The translations under genes were made by a program, and so were the position numbers. Below are positions 23,724 through 35,544 of a stretch of 64,000 bases of DNA, in pieces (position 1 is the stretch's first letter; each line of letters opens with the position of its first letter). The stretch lies in assembly GCA_016748015.1 (NCBI GenBank), contig JAAOMT010000436.1, positions 1,126,033 to 1,190,032 of the forward strand, read 5' to 3'. This DNA is from Geosiphon pyriformis uo1 (Eukaryota > Fungi > Glomeromycota). The notes under the pieces were generated by a model. The model was not told where the DNA came from and did not search any database. It worked only from the letters and a program-made list of their open reading frames with translations.

Positions 23724-24582
23724 TGTTATGGGATGGTTTTTTTGGTATATTTTAATTGTTGATCTCCTGTTTTAATTGCAATCAGTTTCTTGTGAATTTC
23801 TCTATTTTATGTGTTGGATATTAATGATGATGTACTAAAGGTTTTCTCTTGATGTTGTGATGTAAGTTTTCTCTTTAATTCTAATTGTCTTTGTATGTTG
23901 TGTACTCCTTCTCAGAGGCTAATCTAACATCTACTTACTGTCTGGGGTCTTCTCTGAGACTATCCTTGCAATTGTCTAATGTGTTTCTCTAATCTAGAAA
24001 CACGAAATGTTAATGGCCTTTTCACAATTTCTCTAAGTATATAATAAAGCTTTTTTAATTTAATTAGTAACTATGTGAATAATCTTGATCAGAGATTATT
24101 CTTCCAAAGAGTTCAGAGATAGAATAATAGTTTCATTCACTAAAGAGGGTATGTGAATTCTATTGTTAATCTCGTAATTATGATATTTATTTAATTTATT
24201 ATTTTTATTAATTCTTTTTGAATAAGATTTTATTTAGATATTTGTTGCTTTTAGTTAAAGCTTGTTTTTTTTCATTATTAAAAACTATTGTATATATATA
24301 TAATTATTGTTTTACAAAATAATGTCTTATAATACTCTATTTCTATTATTTCTAAATAGTGCTTACTGCTATTGTGAAATAGTGTTTGCTGCTTTTGCAT
24401 AATAGTGCTTGCTGCTATTATAAAATAGTGCTTGCTGCTATTGCATGATAGTGCTTGCTGTTATTGTAAAATAGTGCTTGCTGTTATTTGTAAATCATTT
24501 CTTTTAATAAATTGTTACTGTGCTATTTCATGATTGGCTAATTTATATTATTTATAATTCTTATTAAATTCTTGAACTGTAA
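23724..24582 (-). repeat. 5' LTR of Gypsy A (outer terminal dinucleotide and TSD lost by a small deletion)
   Basis: Near-identical to 4519-5332 but with two extra 23-bp units; ends …ACTGTAA directly fused to LINE sequence. Confidence 0.9.
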
Positions 24583-26313
24583 AGTCTCTATGTTCGTGGT
24601 TCTTGGAGAGGCTAAGTTCTGTGCACATCTCTCCTCTCTATATTAGTATAGTGTTGCCTTTGTGGATCAGCTTTGTGATTATCATGGTGTTATTTTTGAT
24701 TGGAAAACTTTTAAGTGCTGGAAAAGATTAGATCTTCGTGGTCCAGTTCCTGATTGGTTTAGTCTTTCTGTTGCCTTTCTCTGTGATGTGGCTTTTTTTC
24801 CTGTTGGTTCATCTATTCTCAGGGGTCTTGGTGCTCCTTTGAACATTCTAAAGTCTCAGAATTTTAAATTGGTATGTGATTGTTTGTCTTGTGTTAGTGC
24901 TGGTAGTTTGTCAGTCTATACAGATAGTTCTCTGAAAAATTTGGGTACCATCCAAAGGAAGACTAGTGCTGCTGTTTTTTTTGAAGACATTGGTCTGAGT
25001 TTGGGCATAAGGGTTACTGGTTTGTTGTCTTCTACTTTAGTGGAACTGCAGGCCATAGCTCTGGCTTTGGAATGTGTTCTTTCTTTTAGCTTAATATGCT
25101 TGTACTCTGATAGTCAAGCTGCTCTGGATACATGCAAATCAAAACTGCATCTGATTTGTCCGGATTTTTGTGTTTGGTATTGGGTGGAGCATCAGCATAT
25201 TGTGGACATTATTTGTTGCAAAAATTTGAGAATGGAGTGGGTTAAAATGAAAAATTACTTGAGTGTTATAGGGAATGATCATGCAGACACACTTACTGCT
25301 ATTGCCTTTAGCTCTGATTGGCACCTTCTCCCCTGTTTGAAAAAGTATTGCCTTTCAGCTAATGGTGTGCTCGTTTCTGGTAATTCTAGGCATTTTGTTC
25401 AAGATGTATTTAGATCAGTTTATCATGCACATTGAGAAGTTGGGTCTGGCTCCAAGTTTTTGGCTGGTGATTTGATATCAGACATTGATTGGTTGAGTTC
25501 TTTCTTGGTTTGGCATCCTGATTTGCATATGGCTGCAGGCTTCATGGACAAATCTTCTGCTGGCTTGCATACATATTTTATAAAAGCCTTACATTATTGC
25601 CTGTCTGTTGCTGTTCAGAAGTGACTGTATTCCAGACATTACCCTAGTGTATTATGTTTGTTCTGTGGTGAGGTTGAGACTTCTGACCATGTTTTCTCTT
25701 GTGGTATTGATCTTTCTACCCCATGCAGCTTCTTGGAAGCTGATTTCTGGTCTTTCTCATTTCTCTTCTTGTGTGTCTTAGCTTCTGTTGTCTTATGTGT
25801 CTGATGTTTCTGTATCCATGGTTTTTTTCAAAGGTTTTGTTTTCAATAATTGGTTTCAGAAGGCTGTGTCTGTCTTTTATGATCCCAAACTTGCAAGTTG
25901 GAGGATTGTGGACTTTGTGCACACTCTTAGTCTCAGTTTCAAGGATGGCATATAGTTGGTCCACACTAAATATTGAGTCTTCATGAAAAGGAATAGGTTA
26001 ATTCCACTTAACAGTTCGATTCCTGTTTCAATTTCAGAACTGTCATCAGGGTTGTCTGCTGGTGTTGTTAGGTTGTTTGGGATTGCTGATGCTTTTGGTG
26101 TTTGCTTTGGTTTTCATAAGTTATGTTCATTCTTTTCTGGTATTGATAATAATGTTTTGGTTTACATAGTTGCTTAGTAATGTCTTGATCAGTTTGAGTG
26201 GCTGGTTATGTGTAGAAAAAACATGATTCATGTCTAGTTTAGATTATTTATATGATGTATTGTATTAGGTAACATTTGGACCTCACATATAAAGCATTAA
26301 TAAAAAAAATAAA
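24583..26313 (+). mobile_element. LINE-1 of window, 3' part: RNase H, C-terminal CCHC, 3' UTR and A-tail
   Basis: SVYTDSS…STLVELQAIALAL…YSDSQAAL…GNDHADTL RNase H; CLFCGEVETSDHVFSC; stop at 26177; A-rich tail ~26302-26313. Confidence 0.92.
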
Positions 26314-27139
26314 TTATATATTAGTATAAAATTAGCCAATCAGAATAAGATGCAGTAAAAATGAAATTCCAGGATTTCTTTCAGAGGAATTGCAGGATTC
26401 TAGAATTACAGGATTCCAGTATAAGAAATTGCAGAATTCCAAAATTCTTGATTAAAGAATTGAGGAATTCAAGGAATCTTGTATAACAAGATTTATGTAT
26501 ATATAATAGTATCATTAAAAGCAAAAAGATCAGAATTTTCTAGCTAAAATTCTTAGTTAGAACACCCAGTTTCATTTTTCATCTATCTTTTTATATGATA
26601 GTATTCTATGACTTAAAGTAAAAACATCAAATATTAATAAAATACTTATTATCATTACAATCTATCTTTCTGCTATTAACAATTTATGTTAATAATTACT
26701 AATACTTAACTACACTAGACCAATAGCTTTTGATTATAACTATTAACAAAATACTAACTTTTCTTGTCTTGGCTTAATTCTTTATTTTTTTTCTTTATTT
26801 TTTTTTCTTTTCTTTTTTTTTGTTGTTTATTTACTAAACTAATTAAAAAGATTAATGTGCAGAATACTGACATTAGAATATAGCACTAGTAAAAAACCTA
26901 GGAATAAGAGTAGATACTTGGAATTAAGAATAGCTTATCAGGAAATTACTAACTACCAAGCCAAGAAAAAAATTAATGGAATTGTGATTCTGGGAGACTA
27001 CTGAAAACCACTATTGAATTTTTGTCCATTATAAAAGAACTCAATTAAAACCTTCAGATAGTATCAATAATATTAGCTATTAAGCACTAAGTTACAAGTT
27101 TGTTATTTGTTTCCAGACCCCAAATAATCAGCTGTAATA
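26314..27139 (+). repeat. LTR D (B/C family, opposite orientation); solo LTR or 3' LTR; first ~25 bp displaced by the LINE insertion
   Basis: Reverse-complement match to 19161-20029 (TTAGCCAATCAGA, GGAAT arrays, …AAATAATCAGCTGTAATA end); no PBS follows. Confidence 0.82.
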
Positions 27140-27150
27140 TTATGCAGCAT

Positions 27151-27375
27151 ATTAGTATTATCTAAAACTTAGAGTTATTACAATGCTTATATTATTAAAA
27201 ATCATATTTTTTTAATGTTGGTTTAAGTTGGTTTTTATCATTGTTCCAGAGTTGAATTTTTAGCATTAGTATTATTTGAAGCTTAGAGTTATTATAATGC
27301 TCATATCATCAAAAACCATATTTTCTTAATGTTAGTTTAAATGGTTTTTATTATTGCTTTAAGCCAAATTTTTAA
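27151..27375. repeat. Tandem duplication, two copies of ~114 bp
   Basis: ATTAGTATTAT…CTTAGAGTTATT…AATGCT…CATATTTT…AATGTT…GGTTTTTAT repeated at 27151 and 27265. Confidence 0.8.
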
Positions 27376-27399
27376 CCAAAAAAATTAAGAAAAAAGTTT

Positions 27400-28930
27400 A
27401 AAAAAAGTTATATTTACTCATTTTTTATATAAATTTACCATTAATTTTATTAATTATAACCTAATTTTTCTTAACAGCTTCTTATTATTATTTTCAATAA
27501 TGCTGCAAATAATAGTATTTTTATAAAAGAGTTAATGAAAAATTAGAAAAAAAAAACATTTAATAGAACTCAAAAAATTTTTAATTTTAATGCTTTGATT
27601 ATATTTTAAACTTGACAGTACAAGCAGCCTTAGATAAAATAAAAAATGATATTTTCAAAATATTTATTAAAAACCCAAATCAAATATATTTACTTAAAAT
27701 TTTTTTAATGTAAACTTTATATAAATTAAAGATTAGAGAACTTAACTCTATTTGTATCTTATTCTAATATTTTGAGCTTTTTGAACATACTTGTAATACA
27801 TATCAAATTAAATACAGTGAATTTGTTTTGAATTGTTCTACATAGTGAAATTTTACTTATAACATGGTCAAAAATAAGTTATCTCTTAAATTGGTAAGTT
27901 ATTTATTTCTGATCCCATATATTTAAATACAAAAATTCTAATTGTAAATTTATAGACATTAAACACTTTTATTAGCACTCATATTAACCTTTATCAATAT
28001 GTTATTTTACATAATTAGTAAGCTGTTTTTAATAAAATTGCTATATTTCTTGAACTATTTAAGAATATTATAGTCAAAATATCAGCCAATTTAAATAATA
28101 CTGTCTTTTTAATTATTTTTTTCTTTAATATTATTTTTAATTATGTCAAAGATACAGTTGATAATAATAAATCTAATAAAGTATTATAATCTCAATTGTA
28201 TTTATTTAGTTATATTTAATATTAAATCTTTTATTTATCACAATAGTTAGGACAGCAAGAGAAAAGTTGATTGAATATTACTTTAAAACAAATACAACTG
28301 TAATGCTTTGTATTGCATTAAATTTAAGAAAAAAATTCTATTATTTTATAAAAAAAGAATTTTCAAATAACAATATTAATAAAATAAAAAAATTATAAGT
28401 TATTAATTTATTTAAATAATTTTATTTTTCAATTCTTACATGATAAATAAACTTTTAAAATATGTATTTTCTTTGAAATAAAGTACACATTAAATATTAT
28501 ACCAATATCAAATAACAGTTTTTTGTTGAATGGCAATTTTAATGATACTATAATATAAATTACATAATCTATATTAGAGACAGATTTTAACAATAATAAG
28601 GAAAAAAAACTTAACAAAATTGATCATTATATCTCTAAAAATATAGCCAATAAAGAAATAAATATAATAATATAGTAGAAGGTATATTACAAAAAAATAG
28701 TTATCTAAATTAACATTTTATTAATAATTCAATATTTAAGCACATTAAACACAATTTTTTTATTTTGTATATCTGATTTATAATTATTTAGTAATTTAAG
28801 AATTATTTGTTGTTTTTGAACATGCTTTTTCTGTAGATAAGAATATAATTACAGATATAAGATTTTGCTTAATGCTTAAAACTATAAAAGCAGTACAGTG
28901 TCTTTAATTATAGATGCAGAAATTATTGAA
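27400..28930 (+). pseudogene. hAT-superfamily DNA transposase, extremely decayed
   Basis: In correct order: FNNAANN (~27490; TDNAAN), CFDYILNLTVQAAL (27591; CxAHxLNL), **NFTYNM (~27843; RWNSTY.M), FEHAFSVDKNIITDIR..L..KTIKAVQCL (~28815-28895; hATC SERAFS dimerisation domain). Confidence 0.8.
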
Positions 28931-28974
28931 AAAAAATCAAATAATAATATAGTATAATATAATATTTTTAATAG

Positions 28975-29135
28975 TCAAATCTAAATATGTTCATGAATTT
29001 TGAACCAAACTTAAACCAAACTTGTTGTATGTGTTTGGATTTAGTTCAAGTTTGGTAATTTTAAGTTTGATTTAAGTTTGAATTTGGTTTGGTTTAGTAA
29101 TTTGATTGAACTTAAACTGAATCAGACCAAATATT
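28975..29135. repeat. Probable hAT 3' subterminal short-repeat array
   Basis: Clustered AACCAAAC / GTTTGG / GTTCAA units in both orientations, consistent with CpG-decayed CCGAAC/GTTCGG repeats just downstream of the transposase. Confidence 0.5.
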
Positions 29136-31399
29136 AAAATTTTACTTTTTTTATATAATTTTAATACTAAATTTTATAATATATGTTATAATTTTTTGTA
29201 TAAAAAATTATATTTTTGGTTTTATAATAATGTATTTATCTAATATATTCTTAATAATAAATATTTTAATTAAAATAGTATTATTAATTTTGACTATAAT
29301 TATTTTTTAAATTTTATTTTTATTGTATAAATATCTATTTAATTTAGTTAAAACTTAATTATATATAATATTAATAATTTTTTTTCTTTATTTATTTGTA
29401 AATTAAAATTATGTACAATTAAATTTTTATAAAAAACCTTTAATAAAAGAATAATTTCTTATAAAAAATATTTTTTTATAAAATTAATTGATTAATTACA
29501 ATTTTTTTTATATAAAAACAATTTATAAAAAAACAAGAACATAATTTTATTAAATATTTATTCAAAATTTATCTTTATATAAAAATAAATATTATGTATT
29601 AGATATTAATTAGTAATTAAAAAAACAGTTAGAATATATTAAATTGATTTTATTTTAACTTTCTTTTAAATAAATTTAAATTAAATTTATTTTTTTTAAT
29701 CTTATCTATTTTTATATATAGTTACTTAATTTTTATTATATTTTAATTCAGCCTTGTTAAAATTAAATATATTATTATTATTATAAGCACATTTTCTAAC
29801 AAACTTGCTAAATTATTACAATATTAGAATTTTTATTTAAAAAACTAAAATAAACAGTAATTAATATTATTTTTTGTAAAAAAATTTATTAATATTCTAA
29901 AATTACGATAGTATAAAACATGATGATATTGTAGTTTATTTTAATTATAAATATTTAAAACTTTATATTTCTTGTTTAATTGTTTTTAAAATAATCAAAA
30001 GCATATGAAATAGTTAAATATTAAAATTAATAAAATCTTAAAAAGATTTATTTGATACAAAAGTGTTAAATTTTTATTATTAAACTAAGTTTTAAGTTAT
30101 TAAATAGACAAATAACTACAACTATTATTAAATTTAATAATTAATTAATTAAACAAAAATTTGCCAAATTTTTTAATATACACAAAAATAAAATATAATT
30201 CTTAAATAAATGAGTTCAAAAATTCAAAAAATAAAACTAGTTATATGTTTACTAATTTTATGATAAAACAAAAAATATATTAACTAAAAATTTACTAAAA
30301 AAATAAAGAAAATTAAAAACCATTATATTCGAATTTGATTTTACTAATATATATAAAACTAATAAAATAGAATTAATTTTTTATATAAAACCAAATCAAA
30401 CATTTGCAAAACATCAAAATACAGAAAAAAAATTGATATATTATATTTATTAATTATTATTATTATATATTATTGTTATATTAAATTAATTAAGTTTTTA
30501 TAAGATAAATTTTGAATTACAATTTTTCTTGTTACAAATTTAACTGAATTTTACAAATTGTAATCTTTGATAATTAAACATATAATAAATTTAAAATGTT
30601 TTAAAGAAATTAATATTTTTAACTTATTTGTAATTTACAAATTCAATTTTAAAACATATATGTACTTAAATATATAAAGAACATGACTCAAATATATAAA
30701 TAAAAATTTTTAAATTTAAAATCAGCATATATTATTTTTGGTTATAATTTTTTATTATACTTAAATTAAAAAATATTTATTTCAATTAATTAATATTATT
30801 TTGTATTATTTTTTTTCAAATATTATATTATATTTTTAATTAATAGATATGATATTATTAAATCTTTTAAAAACAAATATAAATACTTATATTGTTAATA
30901 TATTTTTTATTAATTTGAACAAAAAAATAACATTAAACAGTAAAATAGTATATTATATATAGTATTATTATTATTATTTATTATATAATTTTATCTAATA
31001 TTAATTTATTTTTTAAAAATAAATTAAACATAAAACAAGTCATTAATTATATTGTTTAATTATGGTTTCAAATAATTATAATTATAATTTAAAACCATTG
31101 ACAAAAAACAGATATTTTTTTTTATAATTAAGAATTTGAAATATTAATTGTTATAGATATATTCAACAATTTACTATTAAATACACAATAATTAATCAAA
31201 AATTTCGAAATTTATACTGTAGCAGTTAATAAATTATTGACAACTAAAAATATTCTTAATGATAATAAAATTATAGATATAGTTTTAGCTAATGCTTAAA
31301 TTAAAACCAATATAATTAATAACTTAAAAAAAAAATCAAAAAAATCTCTATTTGTTATAATTACAATTACAAAAGCATATAAAATATTAAAAAAAAAAT

Positions 31400-32260
31400 T
31401 AGATTTGAAAAGCAATTAACAGAAAAAAATTTAATATAAAAAACCAAAATTTACTTAGAAATAAATTATATGATATTATCAGTAGAAATTTGAGTTATTA
31501 ATTAACATGAAATTATCCTGATAATTTTTATTATTAAGTAGTACTTATTATTATTAGTTATTATTTAGTTAAATTATTGAAATTACTATCTAATTAATAA
31601 TTTAATTTGTATAATACACAAATTGTAATAATTAGATTACACACTATATAATATTTAAAAATTTGCCAAAATAATTAATAGTTCACTAAAAACTCAATAT
31701 TTTATAGAAATAACTTGTAGTTTACCAAAATATATCTTTAGTTTAGCAAAATAATAGCAAAAAAAATACAAGTTTATAAATTAATACTATAACAAGTTGT
31801 ATAAAAAAAAAGCTTTTCTTTTTGAAAAAATATATTTTAATTAGAATTTATCTTTATTAAAAATATTTTTTTTAGTATTTATACAAATTACTTTAATAAA
31901 AACTATATTAAAAACAACAAATTTATAATTATTTTACTTAAAAATTTTTCAAATTCTAACTAATATTTTGAAATTAATTAGTTACTAATTTTAATTATCT
32001 ATTAGTAATATCAAATCTAAATAAAAAATAATTTTTCTAATAAAATTTTTTTTTATATTTTTTTATCTATTTTTAAAAATATATATCAAGATAGTTTATA
32101 TATAAAATTCTTATAAAAGAGTTAATTTTTATAGCAAAGTAACTACATATTTTAGTAAACTTTCAGACAAGTATTTTCTAAAAAAAGTTAACTTTTACTG
32201 CAAAGTAACTATATAAGTAATTGGCACAAAATTGGTTATTTTATTTATAAGTTTAGTAGT
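31400..32260 (-). repeat. Copy of an unclassified AT-rich dispersed repeat (inverted relative to the other copies)
   Basis: Reverse complement of blocks at 33850-34020 and 34840-35300 (e.g. AAGTAATTGGCACAAAATTGGTTATTTTA vs TAAAATAACCAATTTTATGCCAATTACTT). Confidence 0.7.
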
Positions 32261-33201
32261 TCAAATTATAGAAAATAATTTAAAGATAAATTCAGTTATT
32301 AAAAATTTAATTACTTCTTATAATTGTAAATTAACAGCAATATAATATTTACAAATATTAAAAAAAAACCAAAAACTTTTAGTAATAATAAATACAAAAA
32401 AACAAAAAAAAACAAAAAAAAAACAGATAATAATTAATTAATATTTTAATAATAATAATTATAATAATAATAATTAATTTAATAAATAAATATAGTTTAT
32501 TTAATAATTATTATAAAATTTCATAATAAAACATTTTTAAAATAGAATATAATTTGCATATTTTAATTGTTATTTTATAGAAGTTTAATTGTATTAGCAT
32601 AATTTATTATATATTGTTTTTTTTTAAATTTATTATTTTATATATATTTATTAAATAAAAGTTACAAATAAAACATAAAATTTTATTTTATTTTTTTATT
32701 TTTTAAATTAGCCAAATATTTTTTTGTAACATATTTTACAGTGAAAACAAATAATTTTTAGTTATTTTTTATTTTTTATTTAGTATGTTTTTATAAAAAA
32801 CAGCTTATTGTCATATTTTTTATATATTAAGTTTTAAATATTTATAAATAAATATTTTAAGAAGTTTAATTGTTTTTTTTATTAACTTAATAGTAATAAT
32901 AATTTAATATAATTATTATTAATTAAAAATTTAATAAAGTCTTAATTATTAGTTTTTTTGATTTTTTGAATTTTAAGTAATAAAAATAATTATAAATAAT
33001 TAATATTCTTATATAATATTTATTTAAATTAATTTAAAGTTTTAATCAAAAATAATATTGGTTTTTGTTAACTAATTATTATTAACAAATATTTAATATT
33101 GTATAATTGTTATCATAAAAGCTTTAATAAATATAATAATTTTATTAATTTTAAAAAATTATTTATTTATTAATTTGTATTTTAATAATCTTAATAATAA
33201 T

Positions 33202-33530
33202 TTTTATTATTATTATTTTAATAATTACAGCTCAGCCACTATTTAGTATACAGAATTAAACTAAGTATTTTTAATTAAATACAATTTATGTATATACTAC
33301 ATATAACTAATTACTCAAACTAATCTAAATAACACTATATATCTATATACACAATTAAATTACCATTAATATCAGAGAAAAAAGCACAAAGCAAATGCTT
33401 ATTAAAACTTATTGCTATTAATTTAATAATACCAAGCATATAAATCATTTCATTTGACAAACTTTTATACTAACCACTAATTACTATAAACATTATACTA
33501 TTATTATTTACTAATCTAGCTTTTTCTGCC
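33202..33530 (-). mobile_element. 5'-truncated LINE fragment (ORF2 end + 3' UTR + TAA/A tail) with TSD
   Basis: Translates to …AEKARLV…LLCAFFSDING…*; 3' UTR homologous to 46830-46955; flanked by CTTAATAATAAT at 33190-33201 and 33530-33541. Confidence 0.72.
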
Positions 33531-33779
33531 TTAATAATAATATAAATATTTATAATATAATTAATTTAATAATCTAATTAGTTTATAAATTGTTTAATAA
33601 TAATATTGTTTACTAAATCATTATTTAAAATAAGTTTAATAAATTAATTATTAATTTTTATATTAATATATATAATTTAATAAGTTTTTTAATATTGTTA
33701 CTGAAGATTTTTTTACTTTTTCTTAATGTTTTTAATGTTGTTTTGTTGTTAATTTTGTTGCTAATAGAAATTATTAAAT

Positions 33780-35330
33780 CTTTAATAAGCTAATTTTTTT
33801 TTAAAAGTATTTTTTTATATTTTAAATTATCTATATTATTAGATTTAAAATAAAATAACCAATTTTATGCCAATTACTTGTATAGTTATTTTGTGATAAA
33901 AGTCAATTTTTTTACCAAAAAATTTTGTCTATAAACTTTTTAAAATATATGTAGTTATTTTGCTGTAAAAGTCAAATTTTTTACAAAAAATTTTAATTGT
34001 AAGCTATTTAATAATATAAAAAAAATTAAACCAAAAAAAATAAACCAAAAAAAAAATAAAAAATGTGTTAAAGAAGTCATTTTAAATTTAATGTTTTATG
34101 TTTTGTAGGTGCTTTCTTTATGTAATTCCAATAATACTATATATACTGTTTTATATAAAAGTTTTGTATTTAAAAAATAATGCTTAAAAGCTGTATTTAT
34201 TTTTAATAATACTAAGATTGTCAATGGAAAGATTATTAATTTGATATGAGACTTAAAAACAGTCTATTATGTTAGGATATAAATAGTAAAGACTAAATAT
34301 AAAGCAATAATAGAGAAAAAAGACCTAATTACATATGATTATTTGATGTTTTCTAAGATCTATGGTTCATTATCCCTGCTCTTTGATAATGTCATTAAGT
34401 TGTTTGGAATTGCAGGAGTACATGATATTAGTTTTGGTCTTTAAAAACTTTGTAGTTTTTTTTCTAGTACTAATGGTGTGATATCTATTAAAATAGATTT
34501 ATAGTATTACTCTAACTGGCTCAAGTGGCTGATTATATATAAAAAATACATAATTTGTGCCTAGTTTAAATTACTTAGTTTAATGTATTATGCTAAGTAA
34601 TATTTAAGTTTCACTTGTTAAATGATAATAATAATAAAAAATTCAGATCTGAAAGCTATTAATAATTACTGAAATTAATAGCTAATTAATTTTAAGATAT
34701 TAATTTTAAATAGTTAATTTTAAGTATTTTTAATACTTAAAAAATTTGGGTTTAAGATGATTTTTATTAAATTGATTTGTAAGAACTGTATTGGTTTTAA
34801 AATAAGATTGATTTAAAATAAATATTTAATAGAAAATAATTCTAACTAAAATACATTTTTTCAAAAAGAAAAGTTTTTTTTTATACAACTTATTATAATA
34901 TTATTATATAATTTAGCACTTTTTTTTAATATTTTAGTAAACTAAAAATATATTTTATTAAACTACAAGTTATTTTTGCAAACTAAAAATTATTTTGGTA
35001 TACTGTTAATTATTTTGTCGAATTAATAAATATTTTAATAAATTTTAATTGTTATATAATTTAGTATATTGTATAATTTGATTATTACAATTTGGTTATA
35101 TTTGTGTTTTGTATAAATCAAGTTATTAATTAAATAATAATTCAAATAATTTAATAAGATAATAAGTAATAAATTAAATTAATAATATATGTTAATTAAT
35201 AATAAGAATTATAAAAATAATTTTATGTTATATAATATTTCAAATTTTGGTTGGTAACAATATTTAATATAATTTTACTAAATAATAAAGTATTAATTTA
35301 AATTTTATTTTCTATAATAATAATAAATAA
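33780..35330 (+). repeat. Copy of the AT-rich dispersed repeat, interrupted by a LINE fragment
   Basis: Shares blocks with 37900-38480 and 46680-46818/49744-50330; internal ~70-bp tandem duplication at 33880-34020. Confidence 0.7.
34092..34641 (+). mobile_element. 5'-truncated LINE fragment (ORF2 C-terminus + 3' UTR + (TAA)n/A tail)
   Basis: VLYKSFVFKK…VIKLFGIAGVHDISFGL..LCSFFS; 3' UTR homologous to 26178-26300. Confidence 0.78.
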
Positions 35331-35544
35331 ATTATTTTTGTTTATAAATTTATTATTTGGTTTTTAATTTTTAAGTTTTATAAAAACTTAAATAACTTTG
35401 TTAATTTAAATATTAAAATTTAAAGTTTTTAAATTATTAATATAATTTTTGTATTAATTATTATTAATTATTAATTTTAATTAATATTATTATGTTTTGA
35501 TTTTAAATTTTTGTTTATTATTTATTATATTATAAATTCTTATT

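Larger units (their letters stand above)
4519..24582 (-). mobile_element. Ty3/Gypsy LTR retrotransposon A (dUTPase-bearing, integrase deleted), containing nested element B
   Basis: Paired LTRs 4519-5332 and 23724-24582; PBS next to the right LTR and PPT next to the left LTR; gag-PR-dUTPase-RT-RNaseH on minus strand; flanks rejoin LINE ORF2 (…FCHQ | VSMFVVLGE…). Confidence 0.92.

Noticed and set aside
24355-24495. 23-bp repeats resembling a CRISPR array
   Set aside because: Units are contiguous with no unique spacers, lie inside an LTR, and there are no cas genes; eukaryotic context
24583-24590. TSD at the right end of element A
   Set aside because: Terminal CA, TSD and a few LINE bases are missing; only the left flank (CCAG) is usable
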